Positions 48,734 through 62,826 of a stretch of DNA of 64,000 nucleotides are shown here, in pieces. A program made the position numbers and the translations under genes. A model generated the notes under the pieces. That model did no database searches, was not told the DNA's origin, and saw only the letters and a program-made list of their open reading frames with translations. The stretch's first letter is position 1. Every line of letters starts with the position of its first letter. This DNA comes from Octopus bimaculoides (lineage: Eukaryota): contig NC_068982.1 of NCBI RefSeq assembly GCF_001194135.2, positions 183,071,588 to 183,135,587 on the forward strand, written 5' to 3'.

Positions 48734-49484
48734 GAAAGCTGCTCCTTCCCACCAATAGCTACACAACAATTAAGTGAAGAATGGGATCTTCTTTTTTTTT
48801 GTCACACAAACTAGTGAACAAAACAATGATAGTGGTAAGCTTTCAACTTATGATCAAGAGGTCAGTAAAACAGGATCTTAAACCTCACAGCTATTTTACC
48901 TACAGAAGAATGAATACTTGACTAACCACATTAGTCATTTCCTAAATGATTCAGAACTTTGGTGGGATTAGATCTCTGTCACACTGCACTGAATGTTAAA
49001 GTATTTTTATGGCTTAGTCAGAAGGGGCAGAACTCACAGCACACCTTTTTAGGCCTTCTAATATTGCAGATTTGGCAAGAATGCTTGAAACAGAGTACAC
49101 CCACAAAGACACCCAAGAGCTCAGTGGTGGAGCTAAACAGAGACATATTAAGCCTTCCCCTCAAGAACAGGAAAGGTCCTGGTAACAGACTTCTGCTCGA
49201 TTCCACCCAACTAATTTCACTCACAAGGCCAAGTCAAAGACATTATCCCAGAGTGCCATACTGTGGGCTCAGCCTGGAAGAGCAAGCATTTGTTTATCTG
49301 GTGAGTTCTATCTTGAACACAGCCATGCAAGTGTTCAATATAGAACTGACAAGCTTAGTTTTCAGTCAACCCCACAATAGACAGACCAGTATGTAAGGTG
49401 TTACAAAGTCAACAATTGGTGTTGCAGTTTACAGTAGACTGATAATAAAAAGATATCATACTATCTCTCTCTCTTTCTCTCTTT

Positions 49485-49852
49485 TACTTGTTTCAGTCAT
49501 TCGACTGCGGCCATGCTGGAGCACCGCCTTTAGTCAAACAAATCAACCCCAGGACTTATTCTTTGTAAGCCTAGTACTTATTCTATCGGTCTCTTTTGCC
49601 AAACTGCTAAGTTACGGGGATGTAAACACACCAGCATCGGTTGTCAAGCGATGTTGGGGGAGACAAACACAGACACACAAACACACATGCCAAACTTCTT
49701 TCAGTTTCCGTCTACCAAATCCACTCACAAGGCTTTGGTCGGCCCGAGGCTATAGTAGAAGACATTTGCCCAAGGTGCAACACAGTGGAACTGAACCCAG
49801 AACCATGTGGTTGGTAAGCAAGCTATTTACCACACAGCCACTCCTGCACCTG
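49485..49852 (-). mobile_element. SINE family B full copy
   Basis: Reverse-complement match to 33250-33660. Confidence 0.85.
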
Positions 49853-50268
49853 CATATTATTTTAAAATATCACGTGGGCAGATGTGTGAGTGTAAAGGAG
49901 GGGTGGTGCAGACTGTTTCTTTAACCCACCACCACTCCACTTGTTGACAGGTTCTGGGATTCCACAGAGAACATATAAATAACCAGCTCAGATCAGATAG
50001 AACTACTGCGGATGTGTTTCTAATCGGAATGACTGTACTTGTGAAAATCATTCAATAGGAATAGTCGGTCTGTTGGCTGGTCAGTCGGTTGGTCAATGAG
50101 GGTAGTTGATCTGTTGGCTGGATGGTCAGTAGGGGTAGCTAGTTTGTTGACCTGTAGGTCTATTGGTGAACAGTTTTGTGTTTTGATTGAAATGGTAAAC
50201 ACTGGAACAATAAGTGTATGCATTCACTCTTTCCAATGATGAACAATGAGAGAAATAGAGCTGGAGTG

Positions 50269-50304
<36 letters not shown>

Positions 50305-50426
50305 TGCATCTGCATATATATATCTGTGACTATATTTATGTTCATAAATGCTTGCATATGTGCGTTGTTTGTATGTATGTGTATCGTGAATCTGTGTGTT
50401 TGCATATGTTTGTGTGTATGTGTATG

Positions 50427-50460
<34 letters not shown>

Positions 50461-50623
50461 TATGTCTTTTTCTTCAATGTGTATGAATCTACTTGTGTGT
50501 GTGTGTGTGTGTGTGTGCGTCTGTGTGTGTGTGTTTGTACATGTGTATTTGTGTGTGTGTGTGTGTGTGTGTTTGTACATGTGTATCTGTGTGTGTGTGC
50601 GTGTGTGTGTTTGTACATGTATA

Positions 50624-50660
<37 letters not shown>

Positions 50661-51440
50661 TTTGTACATCTGATAGAAAGAGGGGTAGGAGGACATTGCG
50701 TTCAATAGATGAAAAGGAAGTTGCTAGAGAACCAATACTTGCACAGTTACCCATCCACCCTGGCTTATGGTGAAGTAGGAGGAGGTTTTTGTATGTGTGT
50801 GTTTGTTGAGGGATTGGTGGTGGTGGCGGTGGGGGGATTAGGTGGAGTGGGAGAGAGGAGAGTTGATGAGGAGAATAAACCAAGTGACCAGCAAGCAGTT
50901 AATTAATTATGAGTTAATGACAAAGCAAGAGAAACAGTGGCTGCGTTGTTTACAGGGGAGAAGGGTGCAACGGGGGGAGGAAGCATTGATCACTGAAATG
51001 CACACACACATACACACACATACGCGTGTGCGTATATACATATAGTGATATACGTAAGGTGGTGGGTGTTTAAAGATGGGAGAAAGTAATAGGAAAGGAT
51101 GCATCAATCACTTGTGTATACATAAATGGGAGCACGTATATACACAAATGAACAAATGTGTAAAACATAACTAGGTAAATTAATGAATACATACATGTAC
51201 TGAGAACAACATACATACATGCGCATATACACACACACGCATATACACACGCGTACACATATATAAACACACACACACACACACACATATATGAGCAGCA
51301 GTAAGAAACTCCAAGAAGTGAGTCACATGGACTCAGCTTTGAATACATGTTATTCCACTACCTATTATTATGAACTTATAATCATCACGTGTCTGTATGT
51401 GTGTGTGTGTGTGTGTATGTGTGTGCATGTGTGTGTGTGT

Positions 51441-51478
<38 letters not shown>

Positions 51479-51568
51479 NNNNNNNNNNNNNNNNNNNNNN
51501 NNNNNNNNNNNNNNNNNNNNNNNNNNNNNNNNNNNNNNNNNNNNNNNNNNNNNNNNNNNNNNNNNNNG

Positions 51569-51633
<65 letters not shown>

Positions 51634-52449
51634 ATCATTATCATCATTTTAACATTCACTTTCCCATATTTGCCAGAACATATTTTCAGAAAAAAATATC
51701 GGAAACAAACGATACCTCATGTATGGTGGTGATACTCATTAACAACTATCACATGGTATCAAGACAAGAAGACACAAACACAAATGCACACACGCGTGTG
51801 TATACAGATATGACAGGCTTCATTCAGTTTCTGTCTACCGAATCTACTTAGAAAGCTTTGGTCAATACAAGAATGCAGTAGAAGACCCTTGCCCAAAGTG
51901 ACATGCTGTGAGAGTGAACCAGAAATCTCATGGCTGGAAAGCAAACTTAACTACAAAGTCATGGCTGCTATGTATTTATATATATATGGTGTTAGGAAGG
52001 GCATCCAGCTGTAGAAACTCTGCCAAATCAGACTGGAGCCTGGTGTTGCCATCCGGTTTCACCAGTCCTCAGTCAAATCGTCCAACCCATGCTAGCATGG
52101 AAAGCGGACGTTAAACGATGATGATGATGATGATGATGATGTCTGTTTATACATACATATATATATATAGGAGTGGCTGTGGTAAGTAGCTTGCTTACCA
52201 ACCACATGGTTCCAGGTTCAGTCCCACTGCGTGGCACTTTGGGCAAGTGTCTTCTACTGTAGCCTCGAGCTGTATAAATTTCTAACTTTGACACAATATT
52301 ATAAAGCTGTCACACATGAAATTCACATATCAAGAGATCAACAGGAGAAGCATGCTGTTCCATCAACCTTACTGACCACTGGTGTCCTGGTAATCAAAGT
52401 GGAGGGGGATACTTATTGAGAACTAATTCACTATAAAATATTTAAAAAA

Positions 52450-52760
52450 TTGTTTTTTCATTTGCTGGGACTGAAAGAAAGCTGATGACCCTTGCAAGAT
52501 CTCCAAAACTGGTATGGTTGATGTTTAGGAAGCCTGACTTTATCAAGGCATATAAGACCAACTCCTCGCATACAATACTTGATAAGATGAGCTTCCATAC
52601 TGAGACAGTCACCTTTCCAATACTTCGGCATCAGGTGTGAAAGATTGCCAGTTAATATTCAATATGCACCATAAACACTTCTGTGGAATCCTGTGAAAAA
52701 TTTCATATGTCATCAATATATATGCATAAACTGGACGTCAATACGATGTTCAGTTTGTAA
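52450..52760 (-). mobile_element. RTE LINE remnant
   Basis: QKCLWCILNINWQSFTPDAEVLER and SMEAHLIK...VRLPK. Fits QRCLR.IL.I.W...V.N.EVLE and IEA.L.K.QLRW.GH...RLPK. Confidence 0.65.
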
Positions 52761-52799
52761 TGGAAGTCATTTCTACAATGATTATGGCTATTGATTAGG

Positions 52800-53025
52800 G
52801 CATCGAGCTGGCACAATCATTAACACGCTGGAAGAAATGCATAGCAATATTTCGTCGTTGGTATGTTCTGAGTTCAAATTCTACTGAGGTCGACTTTGCC
52901 TTTCATCCTTTAGCGGTCAATAAATTAAGTACCAGTTATGTACTGGAGTCAATGTAATCGACTACCCCACCCCACCATCACCACCCCAAATTTCAGGCCT
53001 TGTGTCTATAATAGAAAGGATTATG
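52800..53025 (+). mobile_element. SINE family A copy
   Basis: gagctggcacaatcatt...gagttcaaattctactgaggtcgactttgcctttcatcc. Confidence 0.8.
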
Positions 53026-53263
53026 GCTATTGATATTCAATGAGCTACAAAGTAAAATAAGTTGTTTTTTTTTGTTTGTTGTCTTATTTCAGATGATGAG
53101 TTTATAATGTGCAGGTTTCTATCACAACTGTTACATATCTCTTAGTTAAATGCAATGAAGAATCATGACATTTGCTATTATAGAGAGACATATGTCTCTT
53201 TCGGTCCTCAAAAGGTATTTGTGACATTGGCAGATTTATCTTACTTCAGATGACATGAACATG

Positions 53264-53630
53264 TATTACCTCTGCCTTACTGAAGGCAGAGGTACTGTTT
53301 TCAGTCATATTTGTTTGCCCATGGACAAGATATCTCAAGAACCACAGAATGGACTCAGATGACACTTTCAGGGATATTTGGCCTCATGACTGGCACAAAC
53401 TGATTACATTTTGGGATCAATCCGGTACCGGACAAGGATTCTGGATTATTTTTCCTGTTTTTTTTTTTACTTAATTTTTGTGAGCGATTGGGTTCATTTT
53501 TAGTATTCTCATTTGAGAGAGCAGTTGAGTTTATTTCAGATACTCTCATTTTAAAAATCATCTCTGGCTAATCGTTGAGAGGATGGTGGTGTTGCCTTGG
53601 CGGAGGCTTGTGCTTTCTGAGTGCTCTTAT
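53264..53630 (+). mobile_element. Non-autonomous Helentron-associated (HINE/DINE-1-like) element
   Basis: 5' tattacctctgcc with adjacent inverted copy ggcagaggta. 3' ttggcggaggc followed by a short stem-loop region and tt. Confidence 0.55.
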
Positions 53631-54148
53631 TATTACCTTGCTTTCATTCATGTAGCATTCAGTAGCTATCATGACCAACTTTAGATAGACAAACTTCGTT
53701 GTGAATGGGACATTTGAAGGGATTATCAATATCTATAGGTTTTCATTTCCTTGCATCTTATTTCAGTTCTATGTGTTTAATGTGATTCTCTTCAAAATAC
53801 TAGGATGCATTAAATTTTTTTTTCTCCATTTTGTTCCATTTTCCAGTTTTCTACATGAATGTTACAATTTTTATGATCAAATGTAATGCAATTATTGTAT
53901 CTTAACTTCAGTTTGTGAGGGCCTCTTTTCACAGAATGTAATTCTGCATGGAGAATTATGGGATTTTTCCATCTTCCATATAAACTATACAGCCTGCTTA
54001 CCTCAATCTGCTACAAGAGAGCTTTCATACTTACAACATTCACTACTTCAAAACTTCAACAACACTCATGTTGATATATGCAAAATTAGTTGAACACTCT
54101 TCTGCTGAAGATGCTACAATTAATTTAACATATTTTGAACATAATATT

Positions 54149-54189
<41 letters not shown>

Positions 54190-54729
54190 ATGTGCATGCA
54201 CACAGGTATGGTTGTGTAATTGGGAAATTCAGTTCCCAACCACCTGGCTTGGGATTCAATTCCACTGAGTAGCACCTTGGGCAAGTGGTTTTTCTTCTAC
54301 TATAGTACCAGGCTGACCAATGCTTTGTGAGTGGATTTGGTTAATGAAAACTGAAAAAGAAGCCCATGGTGGGTGTGGGTGGGTGTGGGTGTATGTGTGT
54401 GTGGGTGTATGTGTGTGTTTTTATATCTGCTGCTTGCTTGCTTCCTAGAAAGTCAAATTTGTATGTGATTTTTTTTGCATTGACATTTCCCCTGTCATTA
54501 AATCATCAACTTGCCTTGTACCTTCAAAGTCATGTGAAATAAGAAATCACTGACTTAAAAATCAGATAAGGGTTAACATGAGGAAGGCAAACAAATGCCC
54601 CGACATATTTGTCTAACTCATACTAACATGGTAAAAAAAAAAATTAAAACAAAAGAATATGTATTTATAAATTCGTTCATTCTTTTATTCGTTTCAGTCA
54701 TTAGGCTCTGGCTGTGTCTTGGTAAAAGC

Positions 54730-55660
54730 CACTTGCCCAGGGGGTCTACTAAATAATAAAATGTTTCCATGCCTTCCATTTCCGTGCCATTACCTCCACC
54801 TGTAGCTCCATCTATACACACCTTACATTTAAATGTAGCTATCATATCAGTTAATAACCATTTCACACCACTACATTTTTTTTTATGTGCTCTCCCTGTG
54901 TATAGTGTACACTTTATGAAGATTATTCCAATATTCTTCCTGCACACTACACAAAGCTATTTCCATATTATTTCCACCCCACCACACATTCTACCATTTA
55001 CCATCACTTTCATCTTTCCAACATTTACCTGCATTCTTTTTACTTCCATATATGCCTTTCTCCTATTCATTTCCTTCATCTGTCCAAACTTGCTGCTATT
55101 GACATCAGATCATCTGTGTACAGTAACTCCTATAACAAACCCTTTTCAAGCCCATACTTCCATAAAAGCTATGAATAGTAGTGGGCTTAATAGGGAGTTT
55201 TATGCCCTCCAACCTTCACTTCAAACTCATCAATGTTTGCATTCTTTGTCGTTACAGCTCAATCTGCTCTCTCTCCTACATGAACATCTATTCCTATATT
55301 CATAACTTTCTCAATTGCCCATGCCACCCTATTAAAGGCTTTCTCCAGATCAACAAACCCAAGAAACAGCTACTTCACCATTTCTCTACACTTCTTCTGC
55401 AGCTGCCTTACAATATAAAGTGCATCAGTTATTCCTCTTCCTGGCATAAATCTAAACTGCATATAATCTTCACTTTCTTTCCAAGTCACTTTTGTAACAC
55501 TCTTTCCAATACCTCAATCTTATATTCCACTAACTTAATTGCTCTATATGAGCCACTGTCCAAGAGATCATCTCTCTCTTCATACAGAGGAATGAGTGTA
55601 CTCAGTTCCCAGTCCACTGGAATGCAGCCTTTTTCCGCCACAGTCCAATAGATCTCTGTC
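54730..55660 (-). mobile_element. RTE-clade LINE reverse transcriptase remnant
   Basis: Degenerate EFEVKVG.H...LLSPLLFI, ELLYTDDL (YADD), HKKKCSG...FKCKVC, ETFYYL. Confidence 0.7.
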
Positions 55661-55992
55661 ACTCTTTACAGACATACACTCACAAATATTCATACATACA
55701 CACAGACTAATATGGGTGTATATAGAATAGGATACAATATAGCAAATGCTGGACTTTTTTAAAAATAAAGGCTAAATTATTTTATGGAGTTTTGGTGACA
55801 TGATATTCCAGTATAGATGCTAAGAGAGTTCAGTGGAGAGATATTAAAATTTATAAATACTGCTGAGGGACAAGGACTATGATAAGTTTCAATATTTCCA
55901 TATCATTTGTAATTCCAGTGTTAGAAAGATGCAAACTGGCAATGAATACAAAATGTACAAAAAGTCAAAGGAAGAATATGTTGAATACTTAC

Positions 55993-56582
55993 AGCAAAGT
56001 TCCTCATTCTTGCCGGTAAAGATTCTGGTTTACGTCCACCGGCTGGAGAGGTTTCGGAACTTGCAGACATTGTTGAATTGCTGCAATTTGCAATGTCCCC
56101 ATTTCGAGTTGCTGCGATTTCATTGGGTAACGGTCCATGTGACGTACACCCGGCTGACAGATCAGAGTCTAAAGAAGTACCCGATGCACTTTTACTAACC
56201 CCACTACTGTTTTTCTTTAATGCATCATCATCTTTCCCCTCGGCTGCTGGAGAGAGCGAGATTAGAAGCTGTTCATCAGAGGCTTTGTTGCCTCCTGTTA
56301 AATAAAGTACCGGAGAGTATAGACGGCTATGTGACGGTGACCCTCCCACAGAAGTTGATTTTGTGCTGTCTGTATGGCTACTGCCACCACGTGTTGGAGA
56401 GCATGATATAGACCTCATGAATTCTGGAGATTGTGACTGGTGGAATTCCATATGGCCTATACTATGGACTCTCCGGTGTTCAGTACATTGGTAATCGGAT
56501 GATCCCCGATTGTCTGGCCAACGCATGCGATCATCTACATCTTGAGACTGAGAACGGCATATCTCACAACGAGGTGATGAAC
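55993..56582 (-). CDS. SASH1: SASH1-like Ser-rich exon
   Basis: ttgttttctatccttag| SSPRCEICRSQSQDVDDRMRWPDN...KPESLPARMRNFA |gtaagt. 590 nt open, phase 1 to 0. Confidence 0.8.
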
Positions 56583-57484
56583 CTAAGGATAGAAAACAAG
56601 AACAATGTCACAGTTTTTTTGTTACAAACATTGTGCCAAAAACCTATCACATAGTGAACCTACATCAGTAAAATTTAAAGATGCATTTCAAGTATTTGTG
56701 AAAATAATAAGATGTTTCACTAAATTTCCATCACACACTTGAACACACACTCCACTCCACATTCTCTACTTTATAGAAACACATTCTCCTCATACATTAC
56801 ACACCTAAACATACTCTGTGTGGAGGCTCGTGGCTTAGTGGTTAGGGTGTAGGACTCATGATCATAAAATTATGGTTTCAGTTCCTGGACCGGGAGACGT
56901 GTTGTGTTCTTAAGCAAAACACTTCATTTCACATTGCTCCAGTCCAATCAGCTGGCAAAAATGAGTAATCCTGCAATGGACTGGCATCCCATCCAGGTAG
57001 GAAATTTATATGTCATGGGAACCAGGAAACAGGCCCTTGTGAATCAGCATTACTCAAAAAGGAAACTTTACTTTACTTAAAAACATACTCTTCATCCCAA
57101 TTTTCAACATACATTTCAACCTTCTACCAAAATATAAAATAAACTGTAAAACAAAAGACAAAACAACTATTGATAATGCTTGTTGTGGATTACAGTTAAA
57201 TCCACATTGTGCATGGATTGTAGAGATCAGCAGGGTTACCGGATCAATTTCATAAGTAGCATAAAGTTTTGGAAAAGTAACAAGTTGTGTTAAAAATGGC
57301 CCATTCATACACATATATACAATGGAATTCTTTTAGTTCCCCATCAACCAGATTGACTCACAAAGTTTTGACTGGTCCAAGATCATAGTAAAAGACATTC
57401 GGAACAGCACAGTGGGGACCAAATTTGAAACCATTTGGTTGAGAAGTAAATCTGCCCCAATAGGATTTTGAGCTTGAAAACTCA

Positions 57485-57890
57485 TTACTTTTAACTCTTT
57501 TACTTGTTTCGGTCATTTGACTGCGGCCATGCTGGAGCTCCGCCTTTAGTCGAGCAAATCGACCCCAGGACTTATTCTTTATAAGCCTAGTACTTATTCT
57601 ATCGGTCTCTTTTTGCCAAACCGCTAAGTTACGGGGACGTAAACATACCACCATCTGCTGTCAAGCAATGTTGGGAGGACAAACACAGACACACAAATAC
57701 ACATATATATATACATATACATATATACGACAGGCTTCTTTCAGTTTCCATCTACCAAATCCACTCACAAGGCTTTGGTCGGCCTGAGGCTATAGTAGAA
57801 GACACTTGCCCAAGGTGCCACACAGTGGGACTGAACCCGGAACCATGTGGTTGGTAAGCAAGCTACTTACCCCACAGTCACTCCTGCTTT
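57485..57890 (-). mobile_element. SINE family B full copy
   Basis: Reverse-complement match to 33250-33660. Confidence 0.85.
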
Positions 57891-58348
57891 GAAAATTTAA
57901 ATTTTAAAGTGGTCCAAAGTAAAATAAAAAGAAAACAGTAGCCTACAGTCCTGTGCTTGTAGGCCAAACTGGTAATCATCAAAATTGAACAGAGGACAAG
58001 TGAAAGGAGAGGAAGAACCATAAGCAAATATGCAGTTCAGATCCTTAGGAGAAAACTATAAAACCCCAGTCAAGTTTCTCATCTGTTGTCCTTCATCACT
58101 TAGCTGCTTTTGGTTTAATCATACTCCATAGAAATGGTGATCAATACAGGATCTGTATATAGGCCTCAGGATCACTCGGTTTCTCAAGTTTGGAACAAGG
58201 GAAATAAGACCCCTTATTTTCAAACGGTTGCAATTGAAATGCGTTTTACAAAAGTCACACCAGGAATCTTCAATCCTGCTGTCATGTCATTAGCCCTGGT
58301 TTCATGATGTGTCTGCCACCAACACACCAATATAGAACCATAGTTTAC

Positions 58349-58472
58349 CTGAGTATAGATCTGATGAAGACTTGGTGGGTTTTGTGATTTCAGGTCTGTG
58401 TTGTCTTCGACCTCTTGTCTGGACACTAGCTTGGGTTAACAATGGGGACTCTCGACTTCCATAAATCTGGTC
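58349..58472 (-). CDS. SASH1: SASH1-like, most upstream exon identified (gene 5' end not found)
   Basis: ctcttttatttcag| DQIYGSRESPLLTQASVQTRGRRQHRPEITKPTKSSSDLYS-G |gtaaac. Only one frame is open, and its phase 1 end fits the next exon. No homology support. Confidence 0.6.
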
Positions 58473-58493
58473 CTGAAATAAAAGAGCATACAT

Positions 58494-58494
<1 letters not shown>

Positions 58495-58565
<71 letters not shown>

Positions 58566-58712
58566 CGGCAGCAGTAGTAGCGGCAGCAGCAGTAGCAGCA
58601 GCAGCAATAGTAATGTTAGTTATAGCAGCAGTAGTAAGGTTAGTAGTATTTGCAGCAATAGCAGCAGTGGTGGTAGTGGTGGTGGTGGTAGTGGTTGTGG
58701 TGGTGGTGGTGA
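58495..58712. repeat. (TAG)n/(CAG)n/(TGG)n compound triplet repeat
   Basis: Directly visible, just upstream (on -) of the 58472 acceptor. Other (TAG)n tracts at 1027-1092 and 46930-47007. Confidence 0.95.
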
Positions 58713-59004
58713 CAACATTAATTGTAATTAAGAGCATTCAAAGTAATTATGACAACATCAACAACAATGATAACATCAACACTGGTTACAGCAATAATGA
58801 CAAAGATAACAAAGAAAATGTGAAGTCAGGACATTCATGCTTTTCCCAAGAACAACGCTAAAATGGAACCAAATTGTTCCTTGTTATATTACTGGTACTA
58901 GTTGTTGTTTAGTTCTAAGTCAGTTTTGGCCCAGAAGATCTACGGTCAAAGACATTCCAGTTACAGTCATACCATCTTTTATTCAGCCAGAGTATGTATT
59001 CTTT

Positions 59005-59200
59005 TCTACTCTAGGTGCAAGGCCCGGAATTTTTGGAGAGGGCCCAGTTGATTAGATCGACCCCAGTATGCAACTGGTACTTAATTTATCGACTCCAAAA
59101 GGATGAAAAGCAAAGTCAACTTCAGCGAAATTTGAACTCAGAATGTAAAGACAGACAAAATACCGCTAAGCACTTCGCTCGGCATGCTAACATTTCTGCC
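59005..59200 (-). mobile_element. SINE family A copy
   Basis: Reverse-complement match to the family core. Confidence 0.8.
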
Positions 59201-59599
59201 ACAGTATATATTGTCATGCATACAGTTATACAAAACCACAAGAGTTCCATCTGCATGTGTAGGGTGTCAGTTACATCTATGTTGGGGTTCTGTATATTGA
59301 CACAATGGTGGTGGTGGTGGTGGTGGTGGTAATTATGATGTTGATAATAAAAACAAATTATGCTAATGAGAGTGGGGAGCATACAGGGAAGAAGAAGACA
59401 CTAAATAAGCAATGATGAGATCAAATCTGAGGAGAATAGATGTCTCAGAAAAAGATGTCAAAAGACTGACAACTAGGTGCCTGGCTGACCTGCTCAACCC
59501 ACATCAGCATGGAAAAATAGCAGGAAATTATTAGTTATTGGTCATTTTATAAATAAATATAGATGACTTTTGTTTTAATTACTGGGTCTGGAAGAAGTG

Positions 59600-60135
59600 G
59601 AAGAGCCGATGGCCTTTACAGACCCTCCTAGACCAGTGAGGCGGATGCTATTAATGTTCTCCTTCATCTGTGGGGAAGACATGAGAGAAAGAGAATTCCA
59701 GAGAGCTGACATTTTGGCAAAGAAATAATAGATGCAGAGATTAGTACAGGGTTGGACACAACAAAGGGTAGTTATGAGAAGAGGAGAGATAGTGGGTCAG
59801 GAACACCGACATAAAAGTGGTATGAACTCAGGCAGCTGTGAGGAGCAGAGGCCATTATAGTATAGTAGAAAAAAAAGAGCGTAAAGACAGTATGCATGTG
59901 GGTCAGAGTCTGGAGCATGTCTGTAAATTACTTTATACCAATTGATTGGATAACCTTTTCCAGATGCAGTGTATGATGTCTGTATGTGTGCTGCAACAGC
60001 ACCATCCCAGATGTGAGAGCAATGCTCCATTGGTCATCTCACCTGAGCTTTGTAGAGTGTCAATAATTGTTGGGGGCTGAAATATCTTTTGGACTTGAAA
60101 AGAAGGTCCAGTCGGTGGGATGTGGTCCTAGCTAT
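59600..60135 (-). mobile_element. CR1/L2-like LINE RT C-terminal remnant
   Basis: LFKSKRYFSPQQLLTLYKAQVR-MEHCSHIWDGA and YYNGLCSSQL. Confidence 0.7.
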
Positions 60136-60939
60136 AAGGTTGTGTGTGTGTGAGAGAGAAAGAGAGAGAGAGAGTGCGTGAGTGTGAGAGAAAGAGTGTG
60201 TGTGTGTGTGTGTGTATAAACAAGAACGTAAGCACATGGCTTAATGGTTAGGGGATTCGGTTGTTGCTCCAGTCTGCTCAGCTGGCAAAAATGGGCTGTA
60301 CCTGCAGTTCAAGGGGCCAGCTTTGTCATATTTTGTGTCACACATAATCTCCCTAAGAACTACTTTAAGGGTACACATGTCTGTGGAGTATTCAGCCATA
60401 TGCACGTTAATTTCATGAGCAGGCTATTTCATTGATCAGATCAGCTGGAACCCTCATCGTCACAACTGATAGAATGCCAGTCTCATTGGTTTAAAGTTCA
60501 TAAAGCCAATACCTCACATAAATATACACTCCTCCTTTTCATTAGCCATGACAATATATAGTCATAGAAACTTTTCATAAAAGCCTATATAAAAGCTCTA
60601 ATGTCAATCTAATCAACCCATATAAGAGAGAATTGGTGTAGTGAGTGCATCCACCAAGTTTGTATTTTGAATGCATAAAAACAATGGACATTGAATAAAT
60701 AAAAAATTTAAGAGATGTGAAATCTAATGTTTATTATTTTATTAGCAATTACTTTGAAGTTCCACCAGTCATAGCTTGTTCAAACTGTGTGTATGAGTAA
60801 GTATATCCATCAAGTTTGTGTGATACAGTAACACCAACAATTTTCAACTGTAATGCCAGTAAGACAAGTTTGCACCAGTGAAACTAGTCTAACTTATATG
60901 TTGCTAATTTCTTTTACTAAGACAGGTTATATATGATTA

Positions 60940-61372
60940 CTCTTTTACTCTTTTACTTGTTTCAGTCATTTAACTGCGGCCATGTTGGAGCACCGCCTTT
61001 AGTCGAGCAAATCGACCCCAGGACTTATTCTTTGGAAGCCTAGTACTTATTCTATTGGTCTCTTTTNNNNNNNNNNNNNNNNNNNNNNNNNNNNNNNNNN
61101 NNNNNNNNNNNNNNNNNNNNNNNNNNNNNNNNNNNNNNNNNNNNNNNNNNNNNNNNNNNNNNNNNNNNNNNNNNNNNNNNNNNNNNNNTATACACATATA
61201 CATATATACGACGGGCTTCTTTCAGTTTCCGTATACCAAATCCACTCACAAGGCTTTGGTTGGCCCAAGGCTATAGTAGAAGACACTTGCCCAAGGTGCC
61301 ACACAGTGGGATTGAACCCAAAACCATGTGGTTAGTAAGCAAGCTACTTACCACACAGCCACTCCCGCGCCT
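60940..61372 (-). mobile_element. SINE family B copy spanning an N gap (another partial at 63915-64000)
   Basis: Reverse-complement match on both sides of gap 61067-61188. Confidence 0.8.
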
Positions 61373-62601
61373 ACACATATATAAAAAAAAACAACAAAAA
61401 AACTATATGTAGCCTAGTTTTTAGAATAGGGACTCAGAGCCTCTGCATATCCAAAATAGGCGACTGAAATGGTTAATGTCAGGAAGGACATCAGAACATA
61501 AAACATTGCCCCAAGAAACTTGGTTAGCTCGTTAACAGTATGGAAGAGCAAATCTGAGTACAATATATATACACATGCCTACATAGAGACATATACATAA
61601 ATACACCATCATCTCTAACAGTAGTATAGTTATAATTTTCAGGTGCATGTGCAAATGGTCCTACATGTGAGCAGGTGGATGTATAGTGTACATTTGGATA
61701 TACATGTGTTCAGTTGAGATCCATGTGTGCAGTTAACTGAACATGCACACAGTTGACTGTACATGTGAGCAGTTGGCTGTGCATCAGTGTAGTTACAGTG
61801 AGTCTGTACAGTTGGCAGTACAGGTCTGATGTTGCAGGTGCTTGTATGAAGTTGGTTGTACGTCAGTGCATTTGTAGGTGAATGTATATGCAGGTGGAAT
61901 TGCATAGTTATGACAGACAGAAAGTTTAGAAAAATTCATTCGAAACTAACGTGGAAACTAAGATATAACAAAGTTAACAACAACAACAACAATAATTATA
62001 ATAAAAATAATTATTTGTAATGGCAAATAATAAGTAAATAATAACAACAACAATGATAATTATAATAATTTCATCATTATTTCCACAAGAGTGATGAATG
62101 AAGGGACATTACAGAAATAGGATACCAAAAAACGTGGGTATTTATACTGAAATCAAATGAATAAGGTTTGTTCAATGCAGACTGATGTGAAGATAAACAA
62201 CATTATAATTAATTAATATATAAACTATAATCAGTTCCTACAGACAAAATCAATCCATTCATTCTAACTGAATATTCATATATCTCTGAAGGAGTGTTTT
62301 AACATGACTGCTCTATCAAATTTGAAAACTCATCTCTGTATTTCAATCTCTGCCATATTATTATATCAATGATGTAGCATGGTGCTGATAACCCTTTTTC
62401 CATGACACAAAGCTTGACATGAAAGTCCAGGAGCTAATTACCTGTACACCAAATCCTACCTGAGTATCTGTGCTTTCCTTTGAATATTTGCTCTCTTTCT
62501 CTCTGTCTGTCTGTGTCTCTCTCTCTCTCTCTCTCTCTCAACAATACCCATAGTGAGTCCCTACATCACTTTTATAATTGAAAGGCAAGCACAGACACTC
62601 T

Positions 62602-62826
62602 TAACCTTTTAGCATTTAAAGCAACCCTAACAGACCCAACTATTGTACCTGTTTTATGTTAAAATTGGCCAGATCTAGCCTTTTACACCTACCCTACAAT
62701 GTCATTATAAAAATAATCAATCATATCATCAAAATCTTGAAGTTACAATATTATACACAACTAATTCAAAACAATGAATAAATAAGCATTACATTTGACA
62801 GAATAATCCGAATGCTACAGGATTAA
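62602..62826 (+). mobile_element. TTAA-flanked piggyBac-like MITE
   Basis: ttaaccttttagcatt ... aatgctacaggattaa TIRs. Same family at 33130-33760, 35503-35730 and about 40330-40505. Confidence 0.65.

Noticed and set aside
49018-49224. Minus ORF with a GTGAGT donor and Cys-rich end
   Set aside because: No convincing acceptor or phase fit, and no similarity to SASH1.
50160-50883. HT/VC/YI-repeat ORFs (also 6504-7011, 41199-41558, 58302-58861, 954-1358, 15922-16479)
   Set aside because: Translations of microsatellites and low-complexity tracts.
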